A DNA stretch of 64,000 nucleotides from an uncultured Pseudomonadota bacterium (GTDB lineage: Bacteria > Desulfobacterota > Binatia > Binatales > Binataceae). Shown here piece after piece: positions 19,446 through 29,146 of this stretch. Each line of letters starts with the position of its first letter. Within the stretch, counting starts at the first letter, position 1. Under the pieces are notes generated by a model. It did no database searches. It was not told the DNA's origin and worked only from the letters and a program-made list of their open reading frames with translations. The stretch spans positions 2,849,579 through 2,913,578 of the forward strand of contig CAVWXK010000001.1 of the NCBI GenBank assembly GCA_963759165.1, given 5' to 3'. The position numbers and the translations under genes are program-made.

Positions 19446-19802
19446 TTACTTCGCCGGGGAGATCTCCAAGCGAGGGTCATCGCTCGCGATGCACACGGCT
19501 CGCTTGTAGCGGATAGCGAAATATTTGTCGGCTTCGGATTTGGCCCGCAGCCAAGCCCCTATGGCGGCGCTGCAGCAACCCTTGCGATACGCTTCGCACT
19601 CGTCGGCTGACGCAAACGAATCCGCTTTCTGCCAGGTCGCAATCGGGGCTCCGTTGTAAGACACCACCGGAGGCAGCACCAGAAGCCATCGGGGGGCGGG
19701 AGGCTTGGTTACGGTGGCGCAGGCAGCAAAGCAGATCGCGATTACAGCCAGATTCCGCCGAATCGCGCCGCGGGTAGCAGGATTGGTCACTGACGCCATC
19801 AC
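19446..19802 (-). CDS. hypothetical lipoprotein
   Basis: 118-aa ORF. A signal peptide ending in the lipobox AICFAAC is followed by a small Cys-containing domain. Confidence 0.5.
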   Translation of the reverse strand: MMASVTNPATRGAIRRNLAVIAICFAACATVTKPPAPRWLLVLPPVVSYNGAPIATWQKADSFASADECEAYRKGCCSAAIGAWLRAKSEADKYFAIRYKRAVCIASDDPRLEISPAK

Positions 19803-19968
19803 GCCCTCCCTGCAGCCAGCTTAACAGTAGAGGTGAATGTTGTCCTGATTTTTCTCGGCGACGGGTCGCATCGGATAGCGCGATTGGCCGATGGCTTGAT
19901 GAGAATCGTTTCGGCTGCGCGACCGAAAACGCGGCCTCGCTGCCTCGCGTTGGGACGCCCGAAGCGCG

Positions 19969-21136
19969 CTAGCGCTCGGCGGATTCGGTACGTTCGCCGA
20001 CCGTCACGCCCTTGCGCACTCTGACCGTATCGTCGGGATGGCCGGGAACTTCGACACGCAGGTTGCGGTATCCACCGTGTTCGGGGTCGGGAGAGAGAAA
20101 GCCCACCGTGTACTGCTGGCGCAATTCCTGACTGATAGCCGCCGTAGCATTGCGCAGCGTCTCGCCATCGCCGACTTCACGGATGATGAAGGTCCGGGCG
20201 CCGGTCTCCTTCGACAACGTCGTGAGCGTTTCCGCATCGACGCGCTCGAGATCGCCGCCGCTGCCAAACACGAGGGGCCCGAGCGACATCGACATCCCGG
20301 ACGAAGAAGCGTTGGGGTCGCCGATACCGATCGAATAAACCAGCACCCCCATCCGCCGCGCCTGCGCTATGGCCTGGTTCAGCGATGAGTGGCTGGCGGT
20401 GTCCATCCCGTCGGTCACCACCAGAATCGCTTTCTTGTCGTAACGCCCGCGCTGAACCATCAACATGCCGTCGAGGATGACGTCGTAAAGCGCCGTGCGG
20501 CCGTATGCGTGCAGCAGGCCCAGCCGGCTCATCACCAGGGAGTGGTCGCTGGTGAACGGCTGAAGCAGAAAGGGGCGATCGGAAAACGCGAACAGAAAGA
20601 CATCGTCGCGTTCGTTCAGGTCTCGCAGAAACTGCGCGATCGCGGCTCGCGCCTGCTGAATCTTGGGCTGCATGCTGCCGGAAGTATCGACAAGGATGCC
20701 GACTGATACGGGGGTATTAAGGTCCTGACGCAGGAACTCTACCGGACGCTCCTTGCCGTTGACGTAAACATGGAAGTCGTTCTTGTTCAGCCCGGCGACA
20801 TAGCCGCCGCTGGGGTTGGTCACGGTAACCGTGACCTGCGTATAGCCGAGTTGGCTGCGAAGCTGACGCGACGGAATATCGAGCTCCTGCCCCGGCTGAG
20901 GAACAAGCTCCGGAACCGGCTGCGGCTCGACCTCCTGGCGGCGGGTGGCGGGGAGCTTCGAGCACCGAGCCCCCTGATTGTTGGCGGCCGGGGGCAAGCA
21001 GCTTGGGGCTCTCCTCGCCGCCCTGCTGGGCGATCGCTACGCCGCCGCCCGGCAACGCCGGCATCATAGCGATCACCGCCATAAAGGCGACCATGGCCGC
21101 CGTCGCCAATCCCTTACGGGCGTTAAACGCCATCAT
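19969..21136 (-). CDS. secreted von Willebrand factor A (VWA) domain protein; the signal-peptide exon and VWA body are in different frames (apparent 1-nt indel near 20985-21000)
   Basis: ORF 19969..20997 has the MIDAS motif (ILVDTSGSM…, …VVTDGMDT) but no signal peptide and an atypical TTG start. ORF 20717..21136 begins MMAFNARKGLATAAMVAFMAVIAMMPALP (signal peptide) and then turns into Arg/Ala-rich nonsense. The frames meet at a C5 homopolymer (cttgcccccggcc). Confidence 0.7.
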
Positions 21137-21310
21137 GGTTCAATATTCCTACTTGCGGGATACGGGGGCAAGGAGGGTGTTCTTGGCTTGCCGGCGCTTC
21201 CTGCCTCCGTTTCAATGTCGGACAGCGATTCCTCATTGTAATTTAACGTCGGATAATCCAAACATATTTGCCTTGCAGGCTGCCGTATCGACTTTCAACA
21301 GGGAGAAGCG

Positions 21311-22516
21311 ATGAAATTTGGAAGCTTCCTGGCTCCGTTCCATCCGGTTGGAGAAAATCCGACGCTGGCTCTGGAACGCGATCTCCAGTTGATTGAATGG
21401 CTCGACCAACTCGGCTTTGACGATGTTTTCGTAGGCGAACATCATTCCAGCGGATGGGAGATCATACCCTCGCCTGAAATCTTTATGGCCGTCGCGGCCG
21501 GCCGCACCAGGCGGATTATGCTCGGCTCGGGGGTGGTCAGCGTCCCCTATCATAATCCCCTCCATATCGCCGCGCGCTTCGCGTTGCTCGATCATCTCAC
21601 GCACGGCCGCGTCATTTTAGGATGCGGACCGGGGGCGCTGGCGGCCGACGCGCATATCCAGGGAATCGACACGACCACGCAGCGCGACCGGCTGATCGAA
21701 GGGATGAAGGCGATCATGCGGCTCTTCACCGAAGAGGGCGGCATCACGATCGACGGCTCCTGGTTCACGCTGCGCGACGCCCATCTGCAATTGAAGCCGT
21801 TTCAGAAGCCGCACATGCCGATATACGTCGCGAACACCTTTTCGCCGTCAGGGATGGTGGCGGCGGGCCAGCTCGGATGCGGGGTTCTGTCGATCACCAC
21901 CTTTGTCCCCGGCGGAGCCGACAATCTCAAGGAGCGCTGGGCCATCGCCGAGGAGGCGGCCGCCGAGAACGGCAAAACCGTGGATCGCCGGAACTGGCGG
22001 CTGGTCTTTCCGGTGCATCTGGCGGAATCGAAGGCCGAGGCGATGAACGACGTGCGCGACGGCGCCAACGCCTGGATTCACAGCTACCTGATCGACACCC
22101 TGGGCCAGCGCGTGATTTTCGAGGACTATCCCGGTCAGCCGCGCAAGGAAATAACCATCGACCGTTGGGCCGGACGCGGCGGCGCGATCATCGGCACCCC
22201 CGACGACGCGATCGCGCGCATCCGGGAATTGCAGGAGGCGACCGGAGGCTTCGGCGGCATGCTGATCCTGGCCAACGATTGGGCGACGCGCGAAAAGACG
22301 CTGCACTCGTACGAGCTTTGGGCTCGTCACGTGGCGCCGCAATTTCAGGGAGCGCTGGAACCGATTACGTACTCGAACCGATGGGCGAAGGACAACCAGA
22401 AAACGCTGGTCGAGAAAGGGATGGCGGGCGTGGTGAAGGCGATCGGCGATTATGCCGACAAGAAGGCGGCGCGGCGCCAGACGGCGGGAAAGACTTCTCC
22501 CGGTCCCAAGCGATAA
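21311..22516 (+). CDS. LLM-class flavin-dependent oxidoreductase (luciferase-like monooxygenase)
   Basis: 401-aa ORF with luciferase-like TIM-barrel motifs (FDDVFVGEHHSSGWE, …RVILGCGPGA). GGGAGAAG RBS. Confidence 0.9.
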   Translation: MKFGSFLAPFHPVGENPTLALERDLQLIEWLDQLGFDDVFVGEHHSSGWEIIPSPEIFMAVAAGRTRRIMLGSGVVSVPYHNPLHIAARFALLDHLTHGRVILGCGPGALAADAHIQGIDTTTQRDRLIEGMKAIMRLFTEEGGITIDGSWFTLRDAHLQLKPFQKPHMPIYVANTFSPSGMVAAGQLGCGVLSITTFVPGGADNLKERWAIAEEAAAENGKTVDRRNWRLVFPVHLAESKAEAMNDVRDGANAWIHSYLIDTLGQRVIFEDYPGQPRKEITIDRWAGRGGAIIGTPDDAIARIRELQEATGGFGGMLILANDWATREKTLHSYELWARHVAPQFQGALEPITYSNRWAKDNQKTLVEKGMAGVVKAIGDYADKKAARRQTAGKTSPGPKR

Positions 22517-22670
22517 CAGGTGGACTGGAGCGAATCCTCCGGCCCCAGACGCGACGTAACCTGAAGAACCCGGTGGTTCCGCGGCACCGCTGCGCCGCGG
22601 GATGGAATCAGGCTCCGCGCTGCGTTACGCTAGGCGGGTAATCGTAGGGAGAGAGTCGGGGAGACGAACA

Positions 22671-23048
22671 ATGAGATTGTTAAAAGCTTGCGGCTTTTTG
22701 CTCGTCGCAGGATTTGCGGTATTGGCGCTCGCACGAACCGGATTCGCAAAAGACAAGATGTCAACCATAACCGGTTCGGTTCGTGACACCGGATGCTTCG
22801 TGCTCCACAAGATGAGCGGCGAAGACCATCGGGAATGCGCGCTGGCTTGCGCCAACAAGGGCACTCCGCTCGGCATCGAAGCCGACGACGGCAATTATTA
22901 TATCGCGTTATCTCCGGGGCACCCGATGGCCTCCGCGAATTCGTTGCTCTCAAAGTACGCCGAGCAGAAGGTCAAAGTGACCGGCGTTCTCGGCGAGGCC
23001 AAGGGTCAACACGTAATCGCGGTCAGCAAGGTCGAAGCGGCCCACTGA
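22671..23048 (+). CDS. small secreted hypothetical protein
   Basis: MRLLKACGFLLVAGFAVLALA signal peptide. GGGGAG lies 7 nt upstream. The mature domain contains Cys-x8-C-x3-C. Confidence 0.5.
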   Translation: MRLLKACGFLLVAGFAVLALARTGFAKDKMSTITGSVRDTGCFVLHKMSGEDHRECALACANKGTPLGIEADDGNYYIALSPGHPMASANSLLSKYAEQKVKVTGVLGEAKGQHVIAVSKVEAAH

Positions 23049-23125
23049 TACTCCGGCGAATTTACGGGTCGAACCCGTCGTCGTCAGCCTCTGGCAACGA
23101 CAGCTCGAGCAAAACCGGCATCAGC

Positions 23126-23737
23126 TTGAAAGGCATTGCAACTTTTCCCGGCACAACCGGGCGGCGCATTTGGCTGTTCGCGGCTCTGATAGCCGCGCTG
23201 CTCGGCGGGTGCCGCACTTCGGCCGAGGGTGATCGTACGGCTTCAAGCGGCGACCAGGCCCCCGCATCCGCAGCGATTGCGGCGATTGATGGTGTCGATG
23301 CCGCCAAGCGCGAGGCCGCCGGACCTCTGGAACTCACGCTCAAGGATTTGACGGGAAAGCCGGTCAGCCTGAAGGATTGGCGCGGACATCCGGTGATCAT
23401 CAACTTCTGGGCCACCTGGTGCGGGCCGTGCCGCAAGGAAATGCCGGAGCTCAACGAGATCTATCGCCGCTATCGGAGCAAGGGACTGATGGTGCTCGGT
23501 GTATCGCTGGACGCCGTTCAAGGCGACGGGATCGAGGCGGTCCAACCCTTCATCAAGGATTTTAAGATTCTCTACCCGATCGCGATGGCAGACGAGGCGT
23601 TGGTGGAAAAACTCGCGCTTGAAGCCGTCCCTACCGCCCTGCTGGTCGGCCGCGACGGCCGCTTGCTTGCGCGAATCGAAGGCGCGGGAGATCTGGACGA
23701 ACTGACCAAGGCCGCCGAGGATCTGCTCAAGCGGTAG
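23126..23737 (+). CDS. TlpA-like thiol:disulfide oxidoreductase (thioredoxin fold), lipoprotein
   Basis: WCGPC active site (INFWATWCGPCRKEMPEL). N-terminal signal with RRIWLF and lipobox LLGGC. The start is uncertain; the first in-frame TTG at 23126 was chosen. Confidence 0.75.
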   Translation: MKGIATFPGTTGRRIWLFAALIAALLGGCRTSAEGDRTASSGDQAPASAAIAAIDGVDAAKREAAGPLELTLKDLTGKPVSLKDWRGHPVIINFWATWCGPCRKEMPELNEIYRRYRSKGLMVLGVSLDAVQGDGIEAVQPFIKDFKILYPIAMADEALVEKLALEAVPTALLVGRDGRLLARIEGAGDLDELTKAAEDLLKR

Positions 23738-23834
23738 AGCACGGTGCCGCAGGGTTTCCAAGCGCAATCAGGGCGCCAGGCCGTGCCCGCGCCATGTGGA
23801 TTTGGCCTCGCGCGGCGAGTTAAGATGTACGACA

Positions 23835-24080
23835 ATGGATCCCGAAGAGCTTAAGCTCAAAATTGAACAGGCGCTTCCCGGCGCTCAGGTCGAGGTAAAG
23901 GATTTCACCGGCGGCGGCGACCATTTCGAGGCTCTGGTCATCAGTCCAGAGTTTGAAGGGCGGTCGCTGGTCGAGCGCCATCAGATAGTCTACCGCGCCC
24001 TGGGTGACGCGATGCGCGCGCAGGTGCATGCGCTCAGTCTCAAGACTTTGACGCCTTCCCAGTTTCAGGAACGGAGGTAA
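23835..24080 (+). CDS. BolA family protein
   Basis: 81-aa product MDPEELKLKIEQALPGAQVEVKDFTGGGDHFEALVISPEFEGRSLVERHQIVY… (BolA fold). It is paired with the monothiol glutaredoxin gene. Confidence 0.85.
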   Translation: MDPEELKLKIEQALPGAQVEVKDFTGGGDHFEALVISPEFEGRSLVERHQIVYRALGDAMRAQVHALSLKTLTPSQFQERR

Positions 24081-24088
24081 TTTTCGCG

Positions 24089-24403
24089 ATGGCAGATATA
24101 ACGGAGCGGATCGAATCCGCGATCGCCGGCAATAAAGTCATGATCTTCATGAAGGGCACGCGCAGTTTTCCGCAGTGCGGCTTTTCCGCGGCCACGGTGC
24201 AGATTTTCGAACAGCTCGGAGTGCCGTTCGAGACCGCCGACGTGCTGAGCGATCCCGAGTTGCGCGACGCCGTCAAACGCTACAGCAACTGGCCGACGAT
24301 CCCGCAGGTTTACATCAACCGCAAGTTCGTCGGCGGATGCGACATCGTGCGCGAGCTGCACGAGAGCGGCGAACTCGCTACGCTGGTAAAAGCGGCAAGC
24401 TAG
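24089..24403 (+). CDS. grxD: monothiol glutaredoxin (Grx4/GrxD, CGFS type)
   Basis: VMIFMKGTRSFPQCGFSAATVQIF… with the CGFS active site. Confidence 0.9.
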   Translation: MADITERIESAIAGNKVMIFMKGTRSFPQCGFSAATVQIFEQLGVPFETADVLSDPELRDAVKRYSNWPTIPQVYINRKFVGGCDIVRELHESGELATLVKAAS

Positions 24404-24467
24404 AAACGCCCTTCGCGCCGATAATCCGCAAGCGCTTCGTGACGCCAACGCCGGCGCGACACGCGTA

Positions 24468-24487
24468 CATAGTACCGGACGCGGGAG
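24468..24487. terminator. perfect palindrome GCGGGAGGC-TA-GCCTCCCGC between convergent grxD and GT4 genes (candidate bidirectional terminator)
   Basis: 9-bp GC-rich arms lie 65 nt after the grxD stop and 1 nt after the GT4 stop. There is no obvious U-tract. Confidence 0.4.
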
Positions 24488-24488
24488 G

Positions 24489-25652
24489 CTAGCCTCCCGC
24501 GACCCTCTGATATTGCCCGAACCGGCGTCGCTCGATCGCGGCGCCGGTCACTTCGGCGTAAAGCTCAAGCGTCCGCGACGCCATTACCTCGACGCTGAAC
24601 TCCTCGCTGACCCGCCGTCGCGCGGCCTGCCCATATGCGATTCGCCGCTTCGGATCGTCAAGCAGGGCGTTAATCGCCGCCGCCAGCGCCTGCTGATTCG
24701 CGGGTGGAACGGTAAGGCCGGTTATCCGGTCCAGGGAAACGAAAGGCACTCCCGACGCCAGACTGGTGTTCACCACCGGTTTGCCGCAGGTCATCGCTTC
24801 CAACTGAACGATGCCGAACGCCTCGCTCCGGGCAACGGACGGCAGTACGAACAGATCCGAGGCATGGTAATACGGGACCACGTCCGGTATCTCGCCGAGA
24901 AAAAACACCCGATCGCGCACACCGCAGACCTCGGCCTCGCGCTCAAGGCTCGCACGCAGCGGCCCCTCCCCCACAATGAGCAGATTAGCTTCAACGGACT
25001 GCATTGCCCGGATGAGGTAGTCCAGGCCCTTGTAGTAGACCAGCCTGCCGACGCTAATCACGATCCGCAGGCCGAATTCCCTGCGGATCCTTGCCACCGC
25101 CGCCTGGTCATAGCGGCGGAATTGCCCGACCGGGATGCCGTGCGGGATGATTCTGCATCGGTCGCGATAGTCCGCGAGAATCGGCGAACTGTCAATATAG
25201 TTGCGGGACATCGCGATAATCATCGCGCAGCGGTCCAGTATCCGCCGCAGAAGCGGCGCGAAGAGTCCGCCCAGCACTCTCTGCCTGATGACGTCGCTGT
25301 GATAAGTGACGACCAACGGTGCCGGATTATCACTCATCAACCAGGCAAGCACGGCTAACGGATTCGGCAAATGTATGTGAACGATGTCGGCCCGCGTGTT
25401 TCGTATCTCGTGAACCAATCCCGGGCAAATCGGTGCCGAGGCGAAACTGACCGGCGTGCCCACGCGGGTTACGTTTACTCCGTCGATGGCGGCTTCCTCA
25501 CGCCATCGGCGATCGTTGGCGACAACCACCTTGACGTCGAGATACTTCCGCAACTCTCCGCACAGCGTCTGAAGGTGAGTCTCCATACCGCCGACGTGCG
25601 GCGGGTAATACTTGCCGACCTGAAGAACCGTGAATAGACCGTTAGCGACCAT
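24489..25652 (-). CDS. glycosyltransferase family 4
   Basis: 387-aa ORF with a GT4 N-domain (VGKYYPPHVGGMETHLQTL) and C-terminal E-x7-E region (FVLPSVARSEAFGIVQLEAMTCGKPVV). Confidence 0.85.
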   Translation of the reverse strand: MVANGLFTVLQVGKYYPPHVGGMETHLQTLCGELRKYLDVKVVVANDRRWREEAAIDGVNVTRVGTPVSFASAPICPGLVHEIRNTRADIVHIHLPNPLAVLAWLMSDNPAPLVVTYHSDVIRQRVLGGLFAPLLRRILDRCAMIIAMSRNYIDSSPILADYRDRCRIIPHGIPVGQFRRYDQAAVARIRREFGLRIVISVGRLVYYKGLDYLIRAMQSVEANLLIVGEGPLRASLEREAEVCGVRDRVFFLGEIPDVVPYYHASDLFVLPSVARSEAFGIVQLEAMTCGKPVVNTSLASGVPFVSLDRITGLTVPPANQQALAAAINALLDDPKRRIAYGQAARRRVSEEFSVEVMASRTLELYAEVTGAAIERRRFGQYQRVAGG

Positions 25653-25691
25653 CGGCCACCCCCCTTTGGTAACGATCGTCGTTGGCGAAGC

Positions 25692-26874
25692 CTATTGAAG
25701 AACGGAAACGCTGCTAGCCTGAGGGCATAACATCTCCTCGTAGACCCGAACGGTTTTGCGAGTGTACTCGCCCCAGCCGAACCTGCCTGCCCACACCAGC
25801 GCGTCCGAGCGGCGTTCATCCCATCGCCGCGGCCAGTTTCGCCGCTGGCGCAGCAAGCCGGCGACTGTTTCAGTCCATGCGGAGATGTCGGTCGCGGGAC
25901 AGTAGGTGGCCGCCTTTCCGCCGGCTTCCCGCAAAGCGGGAAGATCGCTGGCGACCACCGGAGTGCCGCAGGCCATGGCCTCGATCACCGGCAATCCGAA
26001 TCCTTCGCGCTCGGAAGGCAGCATCACCAGCGCCGCTCTTCTGTAGATCGCCGCAAGCACCGACCGCTCCACAAAGGGCAACTGCAGAATGGAACGGCCA
26101 AGATCCAGTTCCGCGATGAGTCGGCGCTGATCGGCGCTGAACGGGCCGCCGATCCGGACCAACCGCACACTGTGGAATCCCCTGCGTACCGCGGCGGTTA
26201 CGCGCAGCAGGGTATCGATTCGTTTTCGCGCGATCGTGCTCCCGACGTGGAGAATATCGATCGAATCGCCTGGAGGGCCCAGCAGGCGCGAAGCTTCGGC
26301 GTCGGCCGGCGGATCGGGGTCTGGCGAGCAGGCGGGATGCACGCCATAAGGAATCAACACGATGCGCTCGGGTGGAATCAGTCCGTGCGCCAGAATTTGC
26401 TCGCGCGTCGCGACACTCGCGCAACTCACGCGGGCGGCCTGACGAAATCCGTCGAGGATTCGCCTTGCCATCGACCTGAACAGCCTGGAACGGGGTTCGC
26501 GCTCCGGATCGAGGAGGCAACGAAACGTATCGAGGTCGTGGCAGGTCACCATGGTCCGCTCGGCTGGAAGATGATTCACCAGTTGGGCGTAACTGTGATC
26601 GAGGATGTGATACAGGTCGAATTCCCGCTTTCTCCTCGCCAAATATCGCGGGTAGTCCCAGAAATCGGTTGAGCAAACGGTCCGCAGAGTAAGCACCCCA
26701 TCTCCCGCTAAACCTTGGAAGGCGACTCAGCCGCCACACCATACGCGGACGCACGCGTGTGACCTGAACCGCGGATCGATAGTCCGCGCATAGATTGTCC
26801 AACACCATGTCCGCGATCAGGTCCATGCTCGGCCAATTCTCCTCGGCAACGTCACAGAGTAATGCGAGGCGCAT
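25692..26874 (-). CDS. glycosyltransferase family 4, interrupted by an apparent +1 indel in a T-run near 26660-26666
   Basis: The N-terminus sits in ORF 25870..26874 (MRLALLCDVAEENWPSMDLIADMVLDNL…ADRLLNRF). The body sits in ORF 25692..26696 (WDYPRYLARRKREFDLYHILDHSYAQL…). The junction is aaccgatttctgggac; one T fewer would read NRFWDYPRYL. Confidence 0.7.
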
Positions 26875-26912
26875 GGGTCTGAGCGGTTCGCGAAACGCGC
26901 GTTACACGAACG

Positions 26913-28148
26913 TCAAAGGCCGCTGTTCGCGGCGGCCCGATCGTTCAGCAGTTCGTTAATGAAATCCGTGGCGCGGGCGACTTGCCGGTCACGGTCGAAT
27001 TCCCGCATCTTGCACAGCGCGGCGCGGCGCTTTGCCATGAGTTCGCGCGCGTCGACGCGGGCAATCAGCTCTGCCAGCGCGTCTAGGTAGCGCTCGTCCC
27101 ACGGCGCGCCACCCGGCAGGCGCCACAGCCAACCCTCGTCCAAATCGTACGCCAGCGGAATCCGTCCCGTCACCACGGGCAATCCGGCAGCCAGATACTC
27201 GCTGAGTTTGGTCGTATAGCGAAAACTGCCGACGCGATCCACGCTCTGCGGCAGACTGGCTATATCCATTGCGGCCAGGTAGTGGGGTACCTGATCAAGC
27301 GGTACTGTCCCGGTGAAAATAATCCTTGTTCCCGAATCATCCGCCGCCAGTCGCTCGAGGCGCGCCCGACCGTCACCTTCTCCAATTATCAGGGCATATA
27401 CGTTGGCGCGATCGCAGCGGCGCAGGGCTTCGACCAGCTCCAGCCCGTAGCAGTAGCCGACACTTTTGGTCCAGATCAGCGTGCCGACGACGCCGACAAC
27501 CAGGCCCTCTGCCGGGATCGCGAGTTTTTCGCGTATACGATCACGGCTGCGCGCCAGCGTGCCGGAAGCGTACTCAAACGGCGCCCATCCCGGAGCGGTC
27601 ATGGCGCGCGGCGATCCGAAGCCGAGCGCGCGGCCGGTAAGGTACGGCGTGCGGCCGATGAATCCTGACGCGGCACGGCACAGCAGCCGTTCATAGAGCG
27701 AAAACATGGGCGCCAATAAAGGCCATCGCATGGCCACGAACGGGCCGACCGCATCGCCGCTGCTTATCACGTAACGAGCGCCAAACAGCAGGCGCCCGAG
27801 CAATAGCGCCGCGCCACCGGCGATTCCGGAGCCCTCCATCACGATCAGATCGTGATCGCGACGCCGAATCGCGTCCAGGAGCCCGAGAAAGGTCCGCATT
27901 TTTGCGCGGCGGTCGAAAGGGAAAATATCGACGTGGAAATTCCCGAGCAGCCCCCGCAAGTGGGTCTCCTCAACCCCGCCCGCGCCCGGAGTGGCGAATG
28001 CCAACAGTCTGAAAGGTTTTTGGGTCCCGTACCGGCGCGTATTAGTCGAGATTCCGCCTTTTGCCGCTGGCTGGCCGTCCGGATTTTCGGGTGCGCAACT
28101 CTCGCGGTGTATGCCCGAGCCCAAAGCGAATTTTGTCGACAATCGCAC
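26913..28148 (-). CDS. glycosyltransferase family 4
   Basis: GT4 C-terminal domain (…IIGEGDGRARLERLAADDSGTRIIFTGTVPLDQVPHYLAAMDIASLPQ…). The N-terminal start is uncertain. Confidence 0.8.
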   Translation of the reverse strand: MRLSTKFALGSGIHRESCAPENPDGQPAAKGGISTNTRRYGTQKPFRLLAFATPGAGGVEETHLRGLLGNFHVDIFPFDRRAKMRTFLGLLDAIRRRDHDLIVMEGSGIAGGAALLLGRLLFGARYVISSGDAVGPFVAMRWPLLAPMFSLYERLLCRAASGFIGRTPYLTGRALGFGSPRAMTAPGWAPFEYASGTLARSRDRIREKLAIPAEGLVVGVVGTLIWTKSVGYCYGLELVEALRRCDRANVYALIIGEGDGRARLERLAADDSGTRIIFTGTVPLDQVPHYLAAMDIASLPQSVDRVGSFRYTTKLSEYLAAGLPVVTGRIPLAYDLDEGWLWRLPGGAPWDERYLDALAELIARVDARELMAKRRAALCKMREFDRDRQVARATDFINELLNDRAAANSGL

Positions 28149-28155
28149 CGGTCAG

Positions 28156-29136
28156 TCATTCGCCGCGGACGGCTCGCCCGTATCGAAGCCGGGAACCGGT
28201 GCACCAACCGTCTATATGGTACTGCCATGTCCTCATCAGAATCCGGAGTTCGCGACGCGCCATCCCATAGCGTTTTATCGCCACCAGGCAACCCACCAGA
28301 CCGGGCGTGTTCACGGCCCCGAAGATCAGGAGATACGCAAGCCTGAGCTTACGTAAGGGCCGCGCGGTGTGCTTCCCCAGTATCAGCGCTTCGTTAAAGG
28401 CCGCGTTGTACACCTTTTGCTGAAGGTCGCCATCCCGACCCGAGGCGTAGACGGTATTCGAAGGATAGTGGCGGACAACATTCGCGAAATCGAACAGTAC
28501 CTTATACCCATTTGCCTTGACCTGAAGGCAGGCGTCCGCCTCGAAGCCCTGCCAGTAAGGCTTCAGCGCGTTTTCAAAGCGATCGAATGCGTGCCGCCGG
28601 ATGCTCATGTTAAAGCCCGCGAGGTGGTCGACCTCCAGCGGGGACTTTAACCGCCACTCGGGCGGATGGTCATACAGATTTCCGAAACTTCTTCCGTACC
28701 ACGTCGTGCGCCCGATCGGCGTCGCAGCCCGCTTCGGAAAACCGCGCCCCCCATCGTAGTTGTCAGCCGGTCCGCCGACGGCTCCTGTCGCCGGATCGGC
28801 GTACTGCTCTATATGGCGATTGAGCCATTCCGGGAAAGCCACGGCGTCATCGTCGATCAACATGACGATTTCCCCGTTTGAGTTCAGCAGTGCGAGGTTT
28901 TCCGCCGGCACGATCCCGAGACAGGGGCTATGGAGGATTCGAAGTTCGAAGGGGAACTGATTCCGCAGTTGCCGGGCCGCCTGCTCCGTGCCAACGTCGT
29001 CTCCCTGCCAGACGACGACAACCTCGTCGGGAGCTCTGGTTTGCGACGCCAAGGCTTCCAGACATCGGGCGAGCTTCTCGGGGCGGCGAAATGAGGGGAC
29101 CAGCACGCTCGTCGTGAGATGGCCTGACCGCATTAC
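28156..29136 (-). CDS. glycosyltransferase family 2
   Basis: TSVLVPSFRRPEKLARCLEALASQT… and IVMLIDDDAVAFPEWL (GT2 DxD region). The start is set at MRSGHLTT because GAGGCGG lies 9 nt upstream. The upstream part of the long ORF is Arg-rich. Confidence 0.8.
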   Translation of the reverse strand, partial: VMRSGHLTTSVLVPSFRRPEKLARCLEALASQTRAPDEVVVVWQGDDVGTEQAARQLRNQFPFELRILHSPCLGIVPAENLALLNSNGEIVMLIDDDAVAFPEWLNRHIEQYADPATGAVGGPADNYDGGRGFPKRAATPIGRTTWYGRSFGNLYDHPPEWRLKSPLEVDHLAGFNMSIRRHAFDRFENALKPYWQGFEADACLQVKANGYKVLFDFANVVRHYPSNTVYASGRDGDLQQKVYNAAFNEALILGKHTARPLRKLRLAYLLIFGAVNTPGLVGCLVAIKRYGMARRELRILMRTWQYHIDGWCTGSRLRYGRAVRGE

Positions 29137-29146
29137 AAAGACCGCC